Positions 23,976 to 36,870 of a stretch of DNA of 46,248 bases are shown piece by piece. Positions within the stretch are counted from its first letter, which is position 1; the number at the start of each line of letters is the position of its first letter. This stretch comes from Octopus bimaculoides (taxonomy: Eukaryota). The notes below the pieces were generated by a model, which was not told the DNA's origin, searched no databases, and saw only the letters and a program-made list of their open reading frames with translations. The position numbers were made by a program, and so were the translations under genes. Location of the stretch: contig NC_068981.1 in NCBI RefSeq assembly GCF_001194135.2, positions 137,749,566 to 137,795,813 of the forward strand, written 5' to 3'.

Positions 23976-24479
23976 TTTAGTATTTGCTTCATATTATTAT
24001 AGATGTTTTCTATGTATTTACAGGCCTTCCTCGCGTCGCAGAATTCACGTTGCAACCACATTTTAAGGAGCACAACGATTCCGTTACCCTGGAGATGTTT
24101 TCATTAATGCATTTTATANNNNNNNNNNNNNNNNNNNNNNNNNNNNNNNNNNNNNNNNNNNNNNNNNNNNNNNNNNNNNNNNNNNNNNNNNNNNNNNNNN
24201 NNNNNNNNNNNNNNNNNNNNNNNNNNNNNNNNNNNNNNNNNNNNNNNNNNNNNNNNNNNNNNNNNNNNNNNNNNNNNNNNNNNNNNNNNNNNNNNNNNNN
24301 NNNNNNNNNNATCTTCCAATGAGTGAGAGAGTGAGAGATGGGAGGATATTTGTATGAAGAAGCCTATGATTGGGATTTGTTTTTTATCTTTTGTTTTCTA
24401 TCACATTAGCTGTTTCATATTTTCCTGTATAAAAGCTATCAGTAATAATATTTATCCAAAACACGAAAATTAAAAATTT

Positions 24480-24640
24480 ACGACAAACGGCCAGAAGCCT
24501 GTTAGACTGTGAATAATCTGCTGTGCAACAATAACAAGTCAAATGTAAACATTCTATTACTTAGGACAGACAAACACCAGACTTTATCGCTGGCTGAACA
24601 TACGTCAGCAACGAGAAATCATTACAATTTATATCATGAA
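24480..24640 (+). mobile_element. Degenerate Penelope-like GIY-YIG fragment
   Basis: IICCATITSQM*TFYYLGQTN resembles the VIYxATIT...YIGQT motif. Confidence 0.4.
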
Positions 24641-24659
24641 CCAGTGAGGGTCTCTCTAT

Positions 24660-24875
24660 ACGCTAGCTCTATTTGCTAAAAATAGCAGCCAAATCTTCAT
24701 GAAATCACACAGCCTACTACATTAAGAAAAGGGAAGGAGCATACTAGGTAATGTAGTCATAGATAAAGGATAGTGTTGACTAGGATTAAAGGAAGGAATA
24801 GTCATCTTTGCCATGCCTCTGGTTGTAGGTCTGTTCCTTCTGCGCTGATTATCTGGGGCTGAACATCAGCGACAA
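24660..24875 (+). mobile_element. Interspersed repeat family D copy
   Basis: GCTAAAAATAGCAGCCAAATCT...TATCTGGGGCTGAACATCAGCGACAA; related to 8658-8785. Confidence 0.5.
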
Positions 24876-24899
24876 AAGCCATATTATATCACAAAATAC

Positions 24900-25500
24900 A
24901 GAATAAAACTTGATATAAAATTACTAATCGATAACACAATGATTAAAATGACTGAACAAGCCAACAAAACAGAAAAAGTATATATGGAATCAATTTTAAT
25001 AGTAACAATTCCCCGCAAAACATTAACATAACACATTGGTAGCATATCATAATATCGAACTAATATCCTATTTCAAGCAACAGATCATTTCACCGCCGCT
25101 GAGGAAAAAAAAACAACAGAATCCAGCGGTGACATCGTTTATAGACTGGTGATAACGAAGAGAAACTGATAGCTGCGTGCCTAGAATTCTGTTCCAAATG
25201 CTTCATACAGGCTATATTGTATAAAGCGAAAGTAACAGAAGCTATCAAAATGGAACGCATTTAACAGAATTCACATTTAAAAGTAAGAATACCTAGCATT
25301 CTCAGTCCCTTTTCACACACAAACAATAACATCGACTCATCTTCTTTGTCCAGGTATGTCTGGAAACTAAAGTAGAACAGAACTAAAAATATTTCCAAAT
25401 CCTGGTTTCGCTATAGTTGAAATAGACGCTCCATATTCTAATTGATACGAAAGCTGAAACCTATTTCTCAGTTAGAACTATATCCCGTAGGGACTCCCTC
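24900..25500 (+). mobile_element. Penelope-like element GIY-YIG endonuclease remnant
   Basis: KCFIQAILYKAKVT, SSSLSRYVWKLK and AIVEIDAPYSN*YES*NLFLS correspond to the PLE motifs CL..SIIYKAKVT, LSKHIWxLK and PYSNGSKxCNLCL. Confidence 0.65.
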
Positions 25501-25822
25501 AGCATGTTGAATATAAAACAGGAAGTAAATAACAAAAAAGTAGATACAAATATAAATATACGTTAAATCACCACTTCCAGCAACAGATGGGGTAACTGCA
25601 CTACCACACGCTTACCAGCAATACATCAACTTAGATATATATTTAATTATAACAGTACTTTTTTCCTGTAAAACTTTGTCTACCTACAAAATCTTATATC
25701 AGAGACAATCTTTTTGATAATTTCTGAAGAGACACCGCCATTCCTACTGAAAGCACATGGGAAGTTTATTCTGCTATATTCTTAAAACTAGCATTTTACC
25801 AATGACTAAGTTTGTGAGTGTG

Positions 25823-25872
<50 letters not shown>

Positions 25873-26243
25873 NNNNNNNNNNNNNNNNNNNNNNNNNNNN
25901 NNNNNNNNNNNNNNNNNNNNNNNNNNNNNNNNNNNNNNNNNNNNNNNNNNNNNNNNNNNNNNNNNNNNNNNNNNNNNNNNNNNNNNNNNNNNNNNNNNNN
26001 NNNNNNNNNNNNNNNNNNNNNNNNNNNNNNNNNNNNNNNNNNNNNNNNNNNNNNNNNNNNNNNNNNNNNNNNNNNNNNNNNNNNNNNNNNNNNNNNNNNN
26101 NNNNNNNNNNNNNNNNNNNNNNNNNNNNNNNNNNNNNNNNNNNNNNNNNNNNNNNNNNNNNNNNNNNNNNNNNNNNNNNNNNNNNNNNNNNNNNNNNNNN
26201 NNNNNNNNNNNNNNNNNNNNNNATATATATATATATATATATA

Positions 26244-26401
26244 AACAAATAATAAATGAGTATATGCATATATACGTACAGGTATGTGCATACCTACATC
26301 TACCTGTATATATAGGTGCATATATGGGTACAGGACATTGCAAACAAAACGTAGACAAGAAAATAATAATAACCAGAGTACAGAAAACACACAAGCCACA
26401 T
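26244..26401. repeat. Second partial copy of the 22070-22225 segment of the hammerhead-bearing element
   Basis: Near-identical (about 90% by eye) ACAAATAATAAATGAG...CACACAAGCCACAT. Ends just before the hammerhead region. Confidence 0.85.
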
Positions 26402-28217
26402 ATATATATGTGCTTACAAACCACTTTGAAACGCAATGATGACGACCATTGCGTTTCAGGACAAGAAGATAATTGAAAATCATTAGCAACTGCTGTACAT
26501 ACGATCCAACCAAAGACGCTCGAAGTGGGCCAGTTAGCAATAACAGCTACTTTGTCTTGCATATAATGTCTGATAAAAAAAAAAGACGCAATTGTCTCTT
26601 GATTGACAAACACCGAGAGAGCCTCAAATCATTACACCCCGTTGAGTTATATTATAAAAGGATACATGGAAGCTCGCAGTCTCTAACAGATGGTGTCATT
26701 TTGAATGCGTTTAATAATGTTTCAAATTAATCAATATTGACCCTGGAAAATAACAGCAGCAACTACAAGTCACAAGCAATCAGTGACACACAGAAACCTA
26801 CCATCGAGTTGTGTCTTTTACTCCATCTTATTCTGTTGCAATATGTATCACTCATCTTGTTTGTGTTAGCTATACTAAGAACGCTTGTTTCATTCACTTA
26901 TACGTTTACTCTATCTCCCAATATTCCTACGCTATCTTATTTTAATTACCAAACTACAAATAAACTCCTTAAGTTCTTTTATTATATTCGCTTTCTAGTT
27001 TGAAATATATTTCTATGGTGCTCCGCTTCTGCTTTTATGTTCCTATTAACGAGCAATTTTCAATGCTTCAAAGTTAACCTTAATTTCATAAACTGTAGAT
27101 AACTCTACATGGGATCCAAGTAAGGAATACCTCGAAATGCTTTATATTAAATTAGGAAGAAATTACACTGAAACACGGGTAATACTATTGTAATAAGTGT
27201 CTTACTCGAGCTTTTTAAAAAGGTTAATAAGGATCAAGGTAGAAACATCTTCTGTCTCTAAAGGGGTATTCTCGTTTCTGTGATGTAGTTTAGGCAATTT
27301 TATATATGTAGGCATCAGCAGACATTGCGAAGCCTAGCATTTATAGCAATGGTCTCTGGGGATGGTGAGAAATTGAAAGTTATGATTAAAAGTGGTTATT
27401 AAACAACTATTATCTACTATTTTGATAAGTAAACAGTTGTTATTATTGTTGTCGAACTCCAGATCGGCTCTGATCGAGTAGGTTTAATCAATGATTATAA
27501 GCATTCTAGTCATGACCATCACGTTGGTATATGTTATACAGGACCACATTAGCTTGCGAAGCAATTTTCCTTGCATCGATCTTCAGACGAGAACTATCAC
27601 AAGGCCGATTATTATTTTATATATATATTGGCGTAGGTGAGGTTTCCTTTTCGTGTTTTCATTTTTGTCATTTTTAATTGTATGCGTTTGGTGGCCTAAC
27701 GTTTACCTTCGTTGATGCTATTGCCCAGGGGCGTAATTAGGAAACACTCTTTTTTTTTAATTAATATTATGTGGATATTAGTCTAATTATGTTGTTTATT
27801 CCCTGAATTTATCTGCTTATTTCATCGTGCGTTTGCAAAAAAAAAAAATGCAATTGTGTTGTATGTTTGTTTAGACAAGCCTATTTCATTTATCAGAAGG
27901 TAATTTGTATATAGAAAATTTAGTTTTCTTTTTGGAAGTGTCTTGCGTTGCGTTGTATTTCATGGTGACTAATATTAACATTCATAGTTTAGTGTGTCTT
28001 ACGTTAAAACGGAAGTACGAGCTACTTACTTTGCATCCAAGTCAAATCGCTTTCACTATTACTTATCATGTTTCATGATGAGGACTGTTTCTGAAACTAT
28101 TATGAAATGACGAGACTCATCTACAAAAATGCATAAACTCCATAATCGTTATGTAGAGTGCTCTTTTCATTGGCATATGAGACTTGTATGATGCATCTAT
28201 GAATGTATGTATGTTTT

Positions 28218-28459
28218 TTTTTATTCTTTTATTTGCTTCAGTCATTAGACTGCGGCCATGCTGGGGCACCGCCAGTAATTGCATTTTAAATTTGATACTT
28301 CATCTATCGTTCTGTTTTGTCGAGCTGTTAAGTTACGAGTACATAAACACACCAACACCGGTTGTCAAGTGATGGTGGGTGACAAACTCACACGTATGCG
28401 CACGCGCGCATACACACATATATACATTTACGCATATAAATTTAAACACACACATATAC

Positions 28460-28497
<38 letters not shown>

Positions 28498-28663
28498 NNN
28501 NNNNNNNNNNNNNNNNNNNNNNNNNNNNNNNNNNNNNNNNNNNNNNNNNNNNNNNNNNNNNNNNNNNNNNNNNNNNNNNNNNNNNNNNNNNNNNNNNNNN
28601 NNNNNNNNNNNNNNNNNNNNNNNNNNNNNNNNNNNNNNNNNNNNNNNNNNNNNNNNNNNNNNN

Positions 28664-28715
<52 letters not shown>

Positions 28716-28928
28716 TATATATTATGCACATAAGTACTAGAGGCCAATGACTGAAACAAGTAAAAGATAAATATATACGACAGGCTTCTTTCAGTTTCCA
28801 TCTGCCAAATCCATTCACAAGGCTTTGTCGACCGTAGGCTATTGCAGAATACACTTGCCCTAGGTGCCACGCTGTGGGATTGAACCCAGAAGCACATGGT
28901 TGCGAAGCAAACGTCTTACCACACAGCG
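28218..28928 (-). mobile_element. SINE family A (tail 28218-28388, head 28778-28928, microsatellite/gap between)
   Basis: Matches other family A copies. A short opposite-strand tail fragment lies at ~28740-28772. Confidence 0.75.
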
Positions 28929-28944
28929 ACGTATGTGCGTGTGT

Positions 28945-29353
28945 GTGTCGAGGGTTCCAGTTGACCCGATCAACGGAACAGCCTGGTCGTGAAATTAACG
29001 TGCAAGTGGCTGAGCACTCCACAGACACGTGTACCCTTAACGTAGTTCTCGGGGATATTNNNNNNNNNNACAGACACGTGTACCCTTAACGTAGTTCTCG
29101 GGGATATTCAGCGTGACACAGTGTGACAAGGCTGACCCTTTGAATTACAGGCACAACAGAAGCCGGGAGTAAGAATGAGAGAAAGTCGTGGTGGAAGAGT
29201 ACAGCAGGGTTCGCCACCATCCCCTGCCGGAGCCTCGTGGAGCTTTAGGTGTTTTCGCTCAATAAACACTCACAACGCCCGGTCTAGGAATCGAAACCGC
29301 AATCCTATGACCGCGAGTCCGCTGCCCTAAGCACTGGGCTATTGCGCCTCCAC
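28945..29353 (-). mobile_element. SINE family C with tRNA-Arg-like head
   Basis: Minus-strand head GGAGGCGCAATAGCCCAGTGCTTAGGGCAGCGGACTCGCGGTCATAGGATTGCGGTTTCGATTCC resembles tRNA-Arg. tRNA-Arg-derived octopus SINEs (OR families) are known; assignment to them is inference. Confidence 0.75.
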
Positions 29354-29806
29354 ACGAGTATATGATGCTGGAAGCATAATGCATGTCTTTCTCGAATAGT
29401 TAACTCACAGTCGTGTTCTAAGAGACACTCAATCGCCAAGAACTAAGAGTAAATACTATAACGTACCAAGTTGCAATATTTGAACGTCAATGCTCGCGTG
29501 TAATGCTGAACAACATTGGGACAGCGGTTGCCGAGACAAGAAATCATGCTAGGTCTTCATATCTTTTTGCCGTTGAGAAGCAGATGTTGTTCTTGAGACT
29601 GTCGCACTAGTAACTTGCATAAGCAAGCATCGCTTAAAATAAAATAAAATAAATAAAGGAAAATAAAACAACAGTGACAAAATTCTTGCAAACAGCTTTC
29701 ATTAAATTACTATGGAACTATGAAACCAGTCATGATTGTACTCGACAATATGTGTGTGTGTGTGTGTGTGTGTGCGTGTGTGCTCGTGCGCGCGCGTGTT
29801 CGCACT

Positions 29807-29839
<33 letters not shown>

Positions 29840-29918
29840 GCATAAATTTACATAATGTATGTTGGTAAATACACATACGTACAAATATACATATGCATGT
29901 GTGAATGCGTATATATAT

Positions 29919-29954
<36 letters not shown>

Positions 29955-30222
29955 NNNNNNNNNNNNNNNNNNNNNNNNNNNNNNNNNNNNNNNNNNNNNN
30001 NNNNNNNNNNNNNNNNNNNNNNNNNNNNNNNNNNNNNNNNNNNNNNNNNNNNNNNNNNNNNNNNNNNNNNNNNNNNNNNNNNNNNNNNNNNNNNNNNNNN
30101 NNNNNNNNNNNNNNNNNNNNNNNNNNNNNNNNNNNNNNNNNNNNNNNNNNNNNNNNNNNNNNNNNNNNNNNNNNNNNNNNNNNNNNNNNNNNNNNNNNNN
30201 NNNNNNNNNNNNNNNNNNNNNN

Positions 30223-30270
<48 letters not shown>

Positions 30271-31178
30271 ATACACACACACTCACACACACACACACAC
30301 ACGCACGCACACACACACACACATGATTATATGATTATATACACTATTTCTTTTTTATTCCTTGCTACTATCTTGACGCCCCATCTGCTGTTCAGCCGCA
30401 GTTTTAAACAGACCGACTGTTTTCAAACACATACTAAAATATACATCAGAAGCGTTTATGCGTCGTATAATCAAATTGTGTTGCGCAAGCATGTAGTTAT
30501 ATGATATTATATATGCATATTTGTATGTCTATTTACGTGTGTTTGTGCGTATCTGTGTGTGTGTATGTGCATGCGTGGCAGTGTGTATCTGCAAGGATAT
30601 GTACAACAACACATATAGATTAAAATATGATTACTTGTAAATCTTTCGCTTCAAGTGAATGTCTGTGCAAGCGTTTGCATGAAAGTATGCGATGTAAAAA
30701 TATACAGATCTCTTTTGCTCTCGGCTATGTCTCTACGATTTTCTTGATAGCAGTGTATATAAGAATAGAAATGTGTCTATGGGCGCGTAAATATCTATCT
30801 TATTAGAAGGTTATGAACGTATATGCTTTTATGCAACTACAAAGGCATCAGTTTCGACATACATTTTTAATGTAAAATTATAGATGTATTATGTATGCAA
30901 ATTTATATATATATAGAAGTATGCACACACACAAACTAATTCGCCCACGTATGTGTGTATGTGTATGTGTGTGTATGAATATATATATATATATATATGG
31001 ATATATGTATATGCATATATAAACATATATGCATATATATATATACACATCTGTTTATATGCATATACAAACACGCACAGCACATACACATATATATATA
31101 CATACATATATATGTGTTTAAATACAGATATAAATATATTTACATGTATGTATGCATGCATGAATGTATGTATGTATG

Positions 31179-31256
<78 letters not shown>

Positions 31257-31629
31257 CACAGAAACACACACAGACACATAAACACAAATATGACTGTACA
31301 TATAAGTATCTGTCAGCATGTGTGTATTTATATTAAGTATTCTCTTTGTTCATGCCTACCGACATATGAGTAGTCCATCCATAAATTGCTTACTCATTGG
31401 TAATAATATCTAACATGTGTGTTAGATGAAAGCTTACTCACTATATAAAACCTGTTTCTATCTGCATATCTATCTACATTTATGTGTTCACACACACAGA
31501 CTAACGTACATGCACCTAAAGCAGTGGGTATATATTATAGACATAAATGGACGTCCAAGTGTTTGGTGAAGGCTAAATATAATTTTTTTTTAAATTTAGT
31601 ATTTTAGTTTATTTTTAGTTAAGTGGTTT

Positions 31630-31838
31630 GAACACGAAAGTTTGTTCTTAATTTTGGAACGAGGCCAGTAATTTTGAAGGGAGGGGCAAGTGGTACTCAG
31701 CTGATACTTATTTTATCGGCCTTGCAATGATGAAAGGCAACGCCAACTGCAGCGGAATTTTAACTTAGAACGTATGGGCCGGATGCACTAAGCATTTTTG
31801 TCCGGCGTGCTACCGATCCCACCAGCTCGTTGCCTTTT
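31630..31838 (-). mobile_element. SINE family B, diverged
   Basis: GATGAAAGGCAA...GCGGAATTTTAACTTAGAACG...CTAAGCATTT..GTCCGGCGTGCTA...CAGCTCGTTGCC is the reverse complement of the family B head and body. Confidence 0.7.
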
Positions 31839-32810
31839 TTGAACACAGAGATTCGACGAAATACCATTTTGAATTTTAGAATAAATGCAACTGATGTAGA
31901 AAAAGCGGATAATCACTACAAAGGCTCAATACTCCAATACACTCCAATCTCCCTTAGATCATCCCACCCTTTCAAAGGACATGTTGGAAAATATTAACAT
32001 ACTGTTGGAATAAAGAGATAGTTTGGCTTCAATACCTTCGGGTGAAAAACCAAATTTGTTGTTGTTGTACAAGTTTAGCCTTATGCAGCTTTAATTGAAG
32101 GATTTATGAAGACAAAAGATCTAGCCAGAGACGTCCTAACAGCATATTGGGTCCCGGACAAATCAACTGCATTCAGCCTTAGAATATTTATTTATTGACA
32201 GCAGCCCACAGTTTATATAGATCAGAACGTGGTCCCTGGATCCCCAAGGCATTTCGACAACTGGCCATTCTGTTCCTGTCTTTAGACGGCAATGGAGCAG
32301 CCGTAACCTTTAATGGTCGGGCTCGAAACTGGGATACAGCCTTAGAGATTTAGTCGCTCAAATGGAACATAGGATTTATATTTTAAGCGTGGTATTCATT
32401 CTCTCGGCGTCTTTTACTGTGCTGCTAAGTCCTGGGCAATTAAGCAAGACATCATTCGTGGTGACAAATATAAACCCAAAAAACGCGCGCACACATACAT
32501 ACGTACGTACATACACATACATACACACAGATAGATAAATAGGTAGATAGATAGCGAGGGCTTCCACGCAGTTTCCGCCAGCTAAATTCACGCACAAAGG
32601 ATTAGTCGGCCTGTGGCTTATAGAAGGAGACAATTGTCCAAGGTACTGTGCACTGTGACTGACCTTGTTTGGGAAGCGAACTTTTTAACCCTACACACAT
32701 ACATACACACACATACATACATCCACATACATACATACATACATACATACATACATACATACATACATACACACACACTCACATACATACATACATACAT
32801 ACATACATAC

Positions 32811-33770
32811 ATAATCCTTTGGCAACATCGTTTAACCACCAAGTGTCGAATTGTATCCCTTGACCAACTTTGCATATATGAGACTGATAACATCATAAGT
32901 TTTGGAAGGCAGCTCCTTGAGCAACACTCTTTCTCTCAAAACCTAGAATACATGCCCAAAAAAGTCGCATGACTACTTCAACGTATCATCAGATGAAAGG
33001 ATGAATCTATATGAGCAGAAGACTATGCATGGATATGTCAGTAGAAAGCTCTGTGATGATAGAAAGATCGATCATCAAAGCAGTTGATCATGGACCAATA
33101 TCCGGATTACTATATCCCACTTTTAAAGGTGTGCGTTTGCAATCCAGGAACAGGAAATATCAACCAAGTACCTGATGCGCAAAAGGAATAGAGATGCAGG
33201 AAAAGAGTAAAATATGACAACTGATGCAGACTTTGTGGAGTTTACACTGAAGATATCATCCACATCATAAGCAGTTGTCTGAAAATGTCATCAAGGTATT
33301 AACTTCCGACGTTGTAGCTAGGACACTCTATAATGAAATCTGTCGGAAGGATAATCCAGAGGACAAATAAATAAGAACCCACAATATGGTAGAAGCTGTG
33401 CACAGTACTGCAAATTAGCTGCCCAGCAGAGGTTAACATAAAACTGAAGGTCAGGGGAAAAGAGAACACCTATGCTGAACTATTGAGAAATCTGCAGTTA
33501 CTCTATCCAGATTACAAGTTCAGGTTTATACCAGTAATTATTGGGACCCTGGGATATGTAACACACTGCCTAAATACCAATCTTGAGAAATTAGGCTCTT
33601 CTAAACTAGAAAGGAGAAAGCTAATTCGAAAACTACAGATCCAATCCGTAACTGGAACTGGGAAAAACTGTAACACTTTCCAGAAGTTTATCATTTAAAT
33701 ATAAATGAGCATGTTTAGATATGCAACTATATGAATGAGAATACATACATAAAACAAATAAATCTGCACA
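32811..33770 (+). mobile_element. R4/Dong-like LINE (family 1) 3' fragment
   Basis: EQKTMHGY, AIQEQEISTKYLMRKR, C-x2-C/H-x4-C knuckle remnant (CRLCG...HIISSC), ELLRNLQLLYPDYKFRFIPVIIGTLG...FQKFII*. The 5' junction is in (CATA)n. The 3' UTR may extend to ~33915. Confidence 0.85.
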
Positions 33771-33914
33771 CACATACATACATACATACATACATACATA
33801 CATACATACATACATACATGCATACTGAAATTCCAGTGATGGAGTCTTGGAACTAGGTTAGAAACCGGTTCTTTCTCTATTGGTAAGAAATATTGAAATA
33901 AACTGAATAATGAT

Positions 33915-33919
<5 letters not shown>

Positions 33920-33995
<76 letters not shown>
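33920..33995. repeat. (GA)n microsatellite
   Basis: Directly visible. Confidence 0.95.
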
Positions 33996-34000
<5 letters not shown>

Positions 34001-34180
34001 GGAATCAGACAGACAAAGAGACAGACAGACAAATAGATAGGTATAGATGTATATAAGGTATGTATATATAAACGAACACACACGTGTGTTTAAGTGTATA
34101 TATACGTGTATGTTTTCGTGTATGTGGTGCATATGTGTGTGTGTGTGTGTGTGTGCATGTTTGCCCATCTTTTCTTTATA

Positions 34181-34580
34181 GGCGCAGGCATCGCTACGTA
34201 GCTGAGAAGCTTGCTTTGTAACCACGCGTTTTCGTGTTCAGTCCCACTGTGCAGTATATTAGGGGAAGTGTCTTCTAGTACAACCCTAGGCCGACCGTTA
34301 ACTTGCAAGTGAATTTGGTAGACGGAAACTTTGTGGAAGCCCATCGTATATACATTTACATATGTGTATGTGTCTTTATCTTTGCGTTTCAACCCGAACC
34401 ATACCACATGAGAACCGATTCTAGTTTGTTTATGGCCCCGTAAATTTCAGGTTCCACAAAAAATGCTTGATAAAATAAGTGCCAGATTAAAAAGAAAATA
34501 TACCCTGGAGTTGATTTGCCCAACTGATGTCCTAGAATGGTTACAGTCTAATGATGGAAACAAATAAAGGATAAAAGATG
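34181..34580 (+). mobile_element. SINE family A, old full-length copy
   Basis: Diverged head, TTTGGTAGACGGAAACT body and ...ATGATGGAAACAAATAAAGG tail. Confidence 0.7.
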
Positions 34581-34880
34581 TACAAATATATATAATGCAG
34601 TAGTTTATTTCAAGCCACAAGCTGACAGTTTATGCACGTATAATGTAGTACACAGCAATACTACAGGAGAAGACCAAGTAACAGCATATGATAAAACGAT
34701 GTGATATGAAGAAACAGCAAAATTAAACTGGTTTCAGTTTTTAAATGCATCAAGTCTACAATTCTCTTTTATCTTGTATTCATAGTATTTTGCTAAATTG
34801 TTATTTAGTCTGTCTAAAAGACTGTTTTATCATTTTTCTATGTAGCTTATTCGACTTTCTCAACTGAGAAGACAATGATC

Positions 34881-34930
<50 letters not shown>

Positions 34931-35099
34931 TTATTTATGTAGCTGCAGATATACTTTAAAGCAATCTATCTATATCTAAGTATACAATTAGCTATCTCTA
35001 AATATCTGTCTATTGAAAACAACATATAAAATCCACACTGTCTTTCCAGAATAACATACTAATATATAGGAATACATATCAATAAGTCTATCTTTATCG

Positions 35100-35715
35100 G
35101 ACTCCATCCCAGGAATTAAGCCATCAATTTTGTCAAAACTGGAGAAAAGACCTTTTCAGTAAAACATCAACGACAGGATCTACTTATTGCAGCCATATAC
35201 TAGCAGCTGAGAATGGACCTTATTGAATAATGGAGGAACATCATACCAACGATGCACTTTCCGACATACTTATCTCCACAAATCCTACTAAGGAGATGAT
35301 CATGTGGGAATTGATTGTGGGAACTGATGTGGGAACAGCTGAAGGAGGTTCATGAGAAAAATTTAGCAAAAGCAGGAGCTATTTGAGCAGTGTAGAAGCC
35401 AAGACTTGCGGGCCCACTGCGAACCGTGTGAAATAGGCTACCGACATTTTGTGGGGCGATCATTTTGGAAAGCTCCTCTGGGCTTGGAATTACTGGTGCA
35501 GCAAAGAGAGCAGCCATAAGTTCCGTCACCAAAATCACAAAGGAAACCACTATATGACTTTAGATAAAGAAGGCAGGCAGGAGGCTTGGTTCAACGGGAA
35601 TGCAAGCTTGATTAATCCAGGATGGGTCAACAGGGTGAAAGTGGTGAATGACTTGAAAGTTCTAAGATCCCGGGACCATCACGGATAATGTATCCCAAGT
35701 GTATCCGTGAGATGT
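35100..35715 (+). mobile_element. HERO-like (R2-group, RLE) LINE 3' fragment with 3' UTR
   Basis: INFVKTGEK...QLRMDL, PDILIST...KEMIMWEL, CEPCEIGYRHFVGRSFWKA and LGITGAAKRAAISSVTK match the HERO-type C-terminus (ISFVKAGEK, ELTVPWEE, CEPIEVGCRGF). Recognised from memory; not searched. Confidence 0.75.
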
Positions 35716-35879
35716 ATCTTGCAACTTAGACACGCACACACACAAACACACGTAAACTTATACACGTTCAAGGGAATATTGTGATACGATCAATTTTACG
35801 CCATGGAAACCGGATAACCATCTTTTTGAGTCTATCTATTTATCTATCGGTCTGTATGTGTATGTGTGCATGCGTGCGT

Positions 35880-35917
<38 letters not shown>

Positions 35918-35927
35918 NNNNNNNNNN

Positions 35928-35971
<44 letters not shown>

Positions 35972-36714
35972 GTTTTGCGTAACCTTATAATGATAAGCAG
36001 AAAACAAACAAAAAACTGCCAGAGGCTGGTTTTTCTGCTAGTTTAAATAATGATATGAATATTGCATAAGTAAAACTATGAAATTATACCTCTTTGCTGT
36101 GGGAATGAAGACGACTGTGATACGAATTTACATTGTCTTCACATACATTGGTTCCATTTTCACAAGCAACATACCTTCATAATTTATAAACAGACGTTCA
36201 CGAAAAAAACAAAACAAAAAAAACTACGTATTGACTTTTGTTTTTCTTCAGCAGTTGGCGATCGATAAAATTGATTTCAGTAGAAAGGAAGAAATGCATG
36301 TATTCCTGCATGTACACAAATGTATGCCACTATTCATAAATAAACGTTATTTGGAGCTTTACAGCTTTGCTTCCATCTCGTATGAACGAAATTATCCTAT
36401 TGATAAACGAGAAAAATCCTTCACACCATGCTAATCTTACTTGCGAAATCCAAAGATCATAACTAGAGAACAATGTCTATTCATATTTTTACACAACTAT
36501 CTCAATAGTCTTTATTTGATTTCCTCGTATGTTATTTTTTGATATATTCTATTTTTTCGTACGTGTTTTCGATAATGTATGCATCTAACCACTATATTTT
36601 CGTAATTTATCCTTGTTCAGTATATCATCCGTCATCTTTGTGGCTAGCTGCAGTCAGCTGGAGTCCGATGGATGATATCAACTATTTCCTGTCTAAATTG
36701 ATGTTGTTGTTGTT

Positions 36715-36869
<155 letters not shown>

Positions 36870-36870
<1 letters not shown>

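Noticed and set aside
27312-27364. 53-nt AG...GT segment encoding ASADIAKPSIYSNGLWG
   Set aside because: Weak splice signals and no recognisable homology; expected by chance.
27560-27600. Other CTGANGA motifs (e.g. ~20164, ~25724, ~27582) as possible hammerheads
   Set aside because: None has a registered helix I, GAAA-helix III and UH triplet as found at 22237-22306.
29022-29109. Identical ~38-bp sequence on both sides of a 10-N gap
   Set aside because: Unmerged contig overlap inside a SINE; assembly artefact.
29280-29353. tRNA-Arg-like sequence
   Set aside because: No intact acceptor stem and it continues into a SINE body; a SINE head rather than a tRNA gene.
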